64,000 nucleotides of DNA from Lama guanicoe (lineage: Eukaryota), in assembly GCA_013239625.1 (NCBI GenBank), contig MU053934.1:1667031-1731030 (forward strand). Reading direction: 5' to 3'. Shown piece by piece: positions 60,601-64,000 of this stretch (positions are counted from its first letter, which is position 1; every line of letters begins with the position of its first letter). The notes beneath the pieces are model-generated. The model was not told where the DNA came from, made no database searches, and saw only the letters and a program-made list of their open reading frames with translations. A program made the translations under genes and the position numbers.

Positions 60601-61029
60601 CATCTGGTTCATAAGGGTGAATAAAGGGGTGGACCATGGTGATGAGGGGTGGGGGGACAGGGTGCTGAAGAAAGAAGTGAGAACCAAGGCATCTCTCTGC
60701 CCCATTGCTCAGGGAGTCATGCTGGAGATGGAGGTGGAACCTGGGACCAGGCCGCCAAGTTGCACAGAGTTTGGCTGAGCTTCTGTGAATCTGGCCTCCT
60801 CAGTTTCTCTTGAATGGAGGGCTTACAGGCACTCCTCTGTAGACAAGGGGTCCTAGGCCAGTGGCCAAGCTGGGTGTCAGAATCCCGAGGGCTGTGCTAA
60901 CTCCCAGGGGCTTTGGCCCCCTCTGGTTAAAGGGGCCCAGGGCAGATTCCCACTCAGAATCAGAAGGCGTTACCCTCAGGAGGGCAGTCAGAAGGCTGTA
61001 CTGAAAGGAACTTCCTATGACAGAGTGAG

Positions 61030-61205
61030 CACCGGCTTCAGAGTTCCAGACAGGCTCAGGCTCCCAGTGAGAGCTGAGTGACCTTGGCCCAGTTAGTTCA
61101 CCTTTCTGAGCCTCAGTTTCCTCGTCTAGAAAATGGGGATACTAAGACTTGCTGAGAGAGTGAAATGAGTTCATTGTGCAGCACGCTTAGAACAGGATCT
61201 GTGCC
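61030..61205 (+). mobile_element. MIR SINE
   Basis: GTGACCTTGGCCCAGTTAGTTCACCTTTCTGAGCCTCAGTTTCCTC. Confidence 0.85.
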
Positions 61206-61493
61206 CCCAACGTGAGCCTGGCCTAAGGGAAGCAGTTGATCAATATTGGACCGGAAGGCCTATCCAGCCTCAGCTTCTCCTCCATGTCATGTTTTGTTCC
61301 ACATGTTTCCTGGGGCTGTGGGAGGATCAGATGTGATAGAGGATGGAGAAGACACCTGGGGAGTCCTGTCCAAAGGACAAAGCTAAAGGAAGTTGGGTTG
61401 CCATCTGAAGTGTCTCCATCTGGACCACACCAAGCCAAGGTCAAGGGGCCCAATAAACATCTAGAGATGAGCAGAAGTTCTGTGAGCTTGGGA

Positions 61494-61684
61494 GATGATG
61501 ATGATGACAATGACGATGATGACAGATATGAAGACAGAGACGATGATGGAGGAAATGATGGAAGTGATGATGATGGAGGTGATGATGATGAAGAGGGAGA
61601 TGATGACGGAGAGGGAGATGATGATGATGATGGAGGAGACAGTGAAGACAATGATGACGATGATGATGATGATGATGATGATGA
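61494..61684. repeat. Degenerate (GAT)n trinucleotide array
   Basis: Direct inspection. Confidence 0.95.
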
Positions 61685-62371
61685 GGGATGGATGGGTGCA
61701 TAGATGAGAGGGCCTGTGATAGCACATTCAAGCCAAGCCTTAAGAAGGCAACAGGGTATCCTGAAAGGATCAAAGGACTAGTTGTTCAAAGACCTAGATA
61801 TTTTACAGTTCGAGTTCTGCCTCTTACTAATCAAGTGACTCTGGGCAAGGCACCGCACTTTTCTGAACTTCAGTTCCGTCATTTGTCAAACGGAACAAAA
61901 ACCCTTCCCTGCTTACTTCACAGAGACCCTACGTGGAGATCATGGCCATGATCCTCTTCATACACACAGCAGCTGTGGTTGTTGCTTTTGCTGTTGCTGA
62001 GAGCAAATTCTACCCACAGGCAGCCACTGCCATCAAACAGACTCAATTCCAGTGCAAATTCTGTCACTTCCTTGCCCAGGTGTCTTTAAGCCAGTTGGGT
62101 CCCTCCCAGCCTCAGTTTTCCAGTTTACAAATGAGGCTCCTACTGCCACCTCCACATAGGGTGTGGCCTGGTTAAAATGGGTTCCTGTAGTTTCAGGGAC
62201 CAACCCAGTGCCTGTAAGGAGTAGGGGGCTGCCTAAATGGTCCTTATTATGATTAATGTCTCTGGTCCACCCTGGTTGTTTCTTTTCTGGCTACACCCTC
62301 AGCTTGGCCCAATCTAGTAGAATGATCATATCCTCCTGGTCGTCACTGCTCCCTGAAAAAAAAAGTCACCA

Positions 62372-62545
62372 AGGGCTGCCCTGTAGGGTTGTACAGGTTG
62401 CTCACTGCTCAAGGGCACTCAGCTAAGGAAATTTTGCTTGTGCTTTTCCCCTCGCAAATCTGTGAGCCTCAGAGAGGGACTGCCTTTGCCTGGAGGAGGT
62501 CCCTTTTTCAAATCTGCATAAAAACTACATACACTAGAAAACCTC
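62372..62545 (+). mobile_element. MER91-like hAT-Tip100 fossil
   Basis: AGGGCTGCCCTGTAGGGTTGTACAGGTTGCTCACTGCTCAAGGGC resembles the MER91 terminus. Confidence 0.6.
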
Positions 62546-63005
62546 AAGTTACTTTGTAGAGGGAGTCATCCCACTTAGAAGTATGGAATCAGATAGGGCC
62601 TCAGAGAGGCTCTGACCCAATATCCTTGCTGCCAAGAAGAGAAAACTCGTCACTATTAATTCAGTCATTTGTTTATTGAAATTTTACTGGATATCTATGT
62701 GACAAATACCATCTCTATGCTTGGCAAGAGGCAGAAGTGGTCAGATGAGGGCGAGGGCAGAGGGTGTGGCTGATGCAACTGTGTTCTTGCAGAACTTTGG
62801 CCTGGAGGACACCCTTATGTCCTTGTAACTCCGCCTCCAGGGATGTTCAGCAAGGTCCTGTAATGCCAGGTGTGGTGCCAGTTTACACCCACCAGCTGTT
62901 CTCTGCACTGACTGGCACCTGACTCCATGCCCCTGAACCAGCTGGGCTTGTGCAGCTAGTGACCCACTGACTTCTGCTGAAAGTTCAAGGCTGATTCATG
63001 GTCTA

Positions 63006-63094
63006 CTTTTTTTTAAATGGAGATACTGGGGATTGAACCTAGGCCCTTGTGCGTGCTAAGCATGTGCTCTACCACTGAGTTGTACCCTCTGCCC
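63006..63094 (-). mobile_element. Vic-1-type camelid SINE
   Basis: TGGAGATACTGGGGATTGAACCTAGG...GCTCTACCACTGAG; TSD TCAAGG(CT/TC)GATTCA at 62985-62998 and 63095-63108. Confidence 0.9.
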
Positions 63095-63323
63095 TCAAGG
63101 TCGATTCAAATTGGGACCCGAGACCCAGTTAGGGGCTGTGGAGACCTGGCTGGTGTGTTCAAGTAGGAAAGAGCACTGTGCTAGGAGTCAGACCTGGGCT
63201 CTGGATCTAGCCTGCCATTAACATGTGTTGAACTTGGACAAGCCACAAACCATCTCCTTGTCTGCAAAATCGGAAGTGTGAGCCATATGACATCTAAGGT
63301 TTTGCCAACTCTGACCTTCTGGT

Positions 63324-63646
63324 CAGTGGTTCCCAAACTTTGGCAGGGGAATTACCAGGAGGGCTGGTTCAAACCTGCCCTAGAGCTTCAGGCTCAGTGC
63401 TTCTGGGATGGGACTTGTATTTCTCACAAGTCCTGGATGGTGCTGATGCTCGGTCCAGGGACTCCACTCAGACGACCCCTGCTCTAGCAACCCTGGCTGC
63501 ACGTAAGAATCACTTGGGAGAGCTTTACACGGTGTGGATATCAGGCCCAAACCCAGAGCAATTAAATCAGCGCCTCTTAGTGGGAGCCTGGGCTTTGTTA
63601 TTGTTTAAAATCTCCTCAGGGCGATTACCAGGGATGGGAGCCACTG
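63324..63646. mobile_element. Two adjacent MER5-type hAT-Charlie elements (63324-63481, ~63488-63646)
   Basis: CAGTGGTTCCCAAACTTT terminus; CCTGGCTGCACGTAAGAATCACTTGGGAG; ends GAGCCACTG. Confidence 0.75.
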
Positions 63647-64000
63647 TTCTAGGAAAGTGGCCAGGGATGCAAGTGCACATTGATTGGGCCAATGCCTGAT
63701 TTCCCTCTGGAGAAATGTCTCTCGGATCCCAACTCAGCCCCCCATGAGCCTCAGTTTCCCCTCCTGTAAGTGGTGCTATTAGGACTAAAATGAAACTGCC
63801 TCGCCGTGCCTGCCCCCCACCTTCCTCTCGTCTCCAAGGAGAGCTTGTACATTTCTTCTGCTCTGAGGCTGTTCAGCTGAGCACAATTCAATAAGCATTT
63901 ATTAAAAACTCACAATGTGCAAGATGCTGTCCTTAATGATGAGGGAATACAAAGATGAATCAGGCTCGGTCCTCTCTCCGAGGAGCTCACATGCAAGTGG

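Noticed and set aside
61223..61773. Acidic, His-rich and Ser-rich ORFs
   Set aside because: Translations of a degenerate (GAT)n microsatellite with no splice or domain support.
1..64000. Assignment to a named host gene
   Set aside because: No recognisable exon in the window; it needs a synteny search using the CNE-like blocks.

Overview
This is mammalian non-coding DNA, almost certainly from a camelid. The evidence is five short tRNA-Ala(AGC)-derived SINEs of the Vic-1 type and no ruminant or suid SINEs that I could recognise. The window is GC-rich and very dense in ancient repeats: dozens of MIR and L2 remnants, about ten MaLR/ERVL solo LTRs, hAT and TcMar DNA-transposon fossils, and at least eight L1 3' fragments. 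It also has two assembly gaps. I could not recognise any protein-coding exon, and the supplied ORFs look like chance or low-complexity frames, so the window reads as a large intron or a gene desert. Between the repeats lie several repeat-free, motif-dense blocks that look like developmental enhancers. Five observations stand out. (1) A ~200-bp inverted repeat (39272-39480 / 40364-40564) is built from ancient MLT1 LTR sequence, yet its outer 90 bp match at 85/90, which could give a long dsRNA hairpin or reflect gene conversion. (2) Two perfect palindromic RFX X-boxes lie 95 bp apart at 262-370. (3) All recognised L1 and Vic-1 insertions are on the minus strand, suggesting a plus-strand host transcript. 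(4) A consensus CTCF motif sits at 5447-5460. (5) A CpG-retaining MIR/GC-box patch lies near 34.3-34.9 kb. Repeat family calls are from my recall of consensus sequences and boundaries are approximate.
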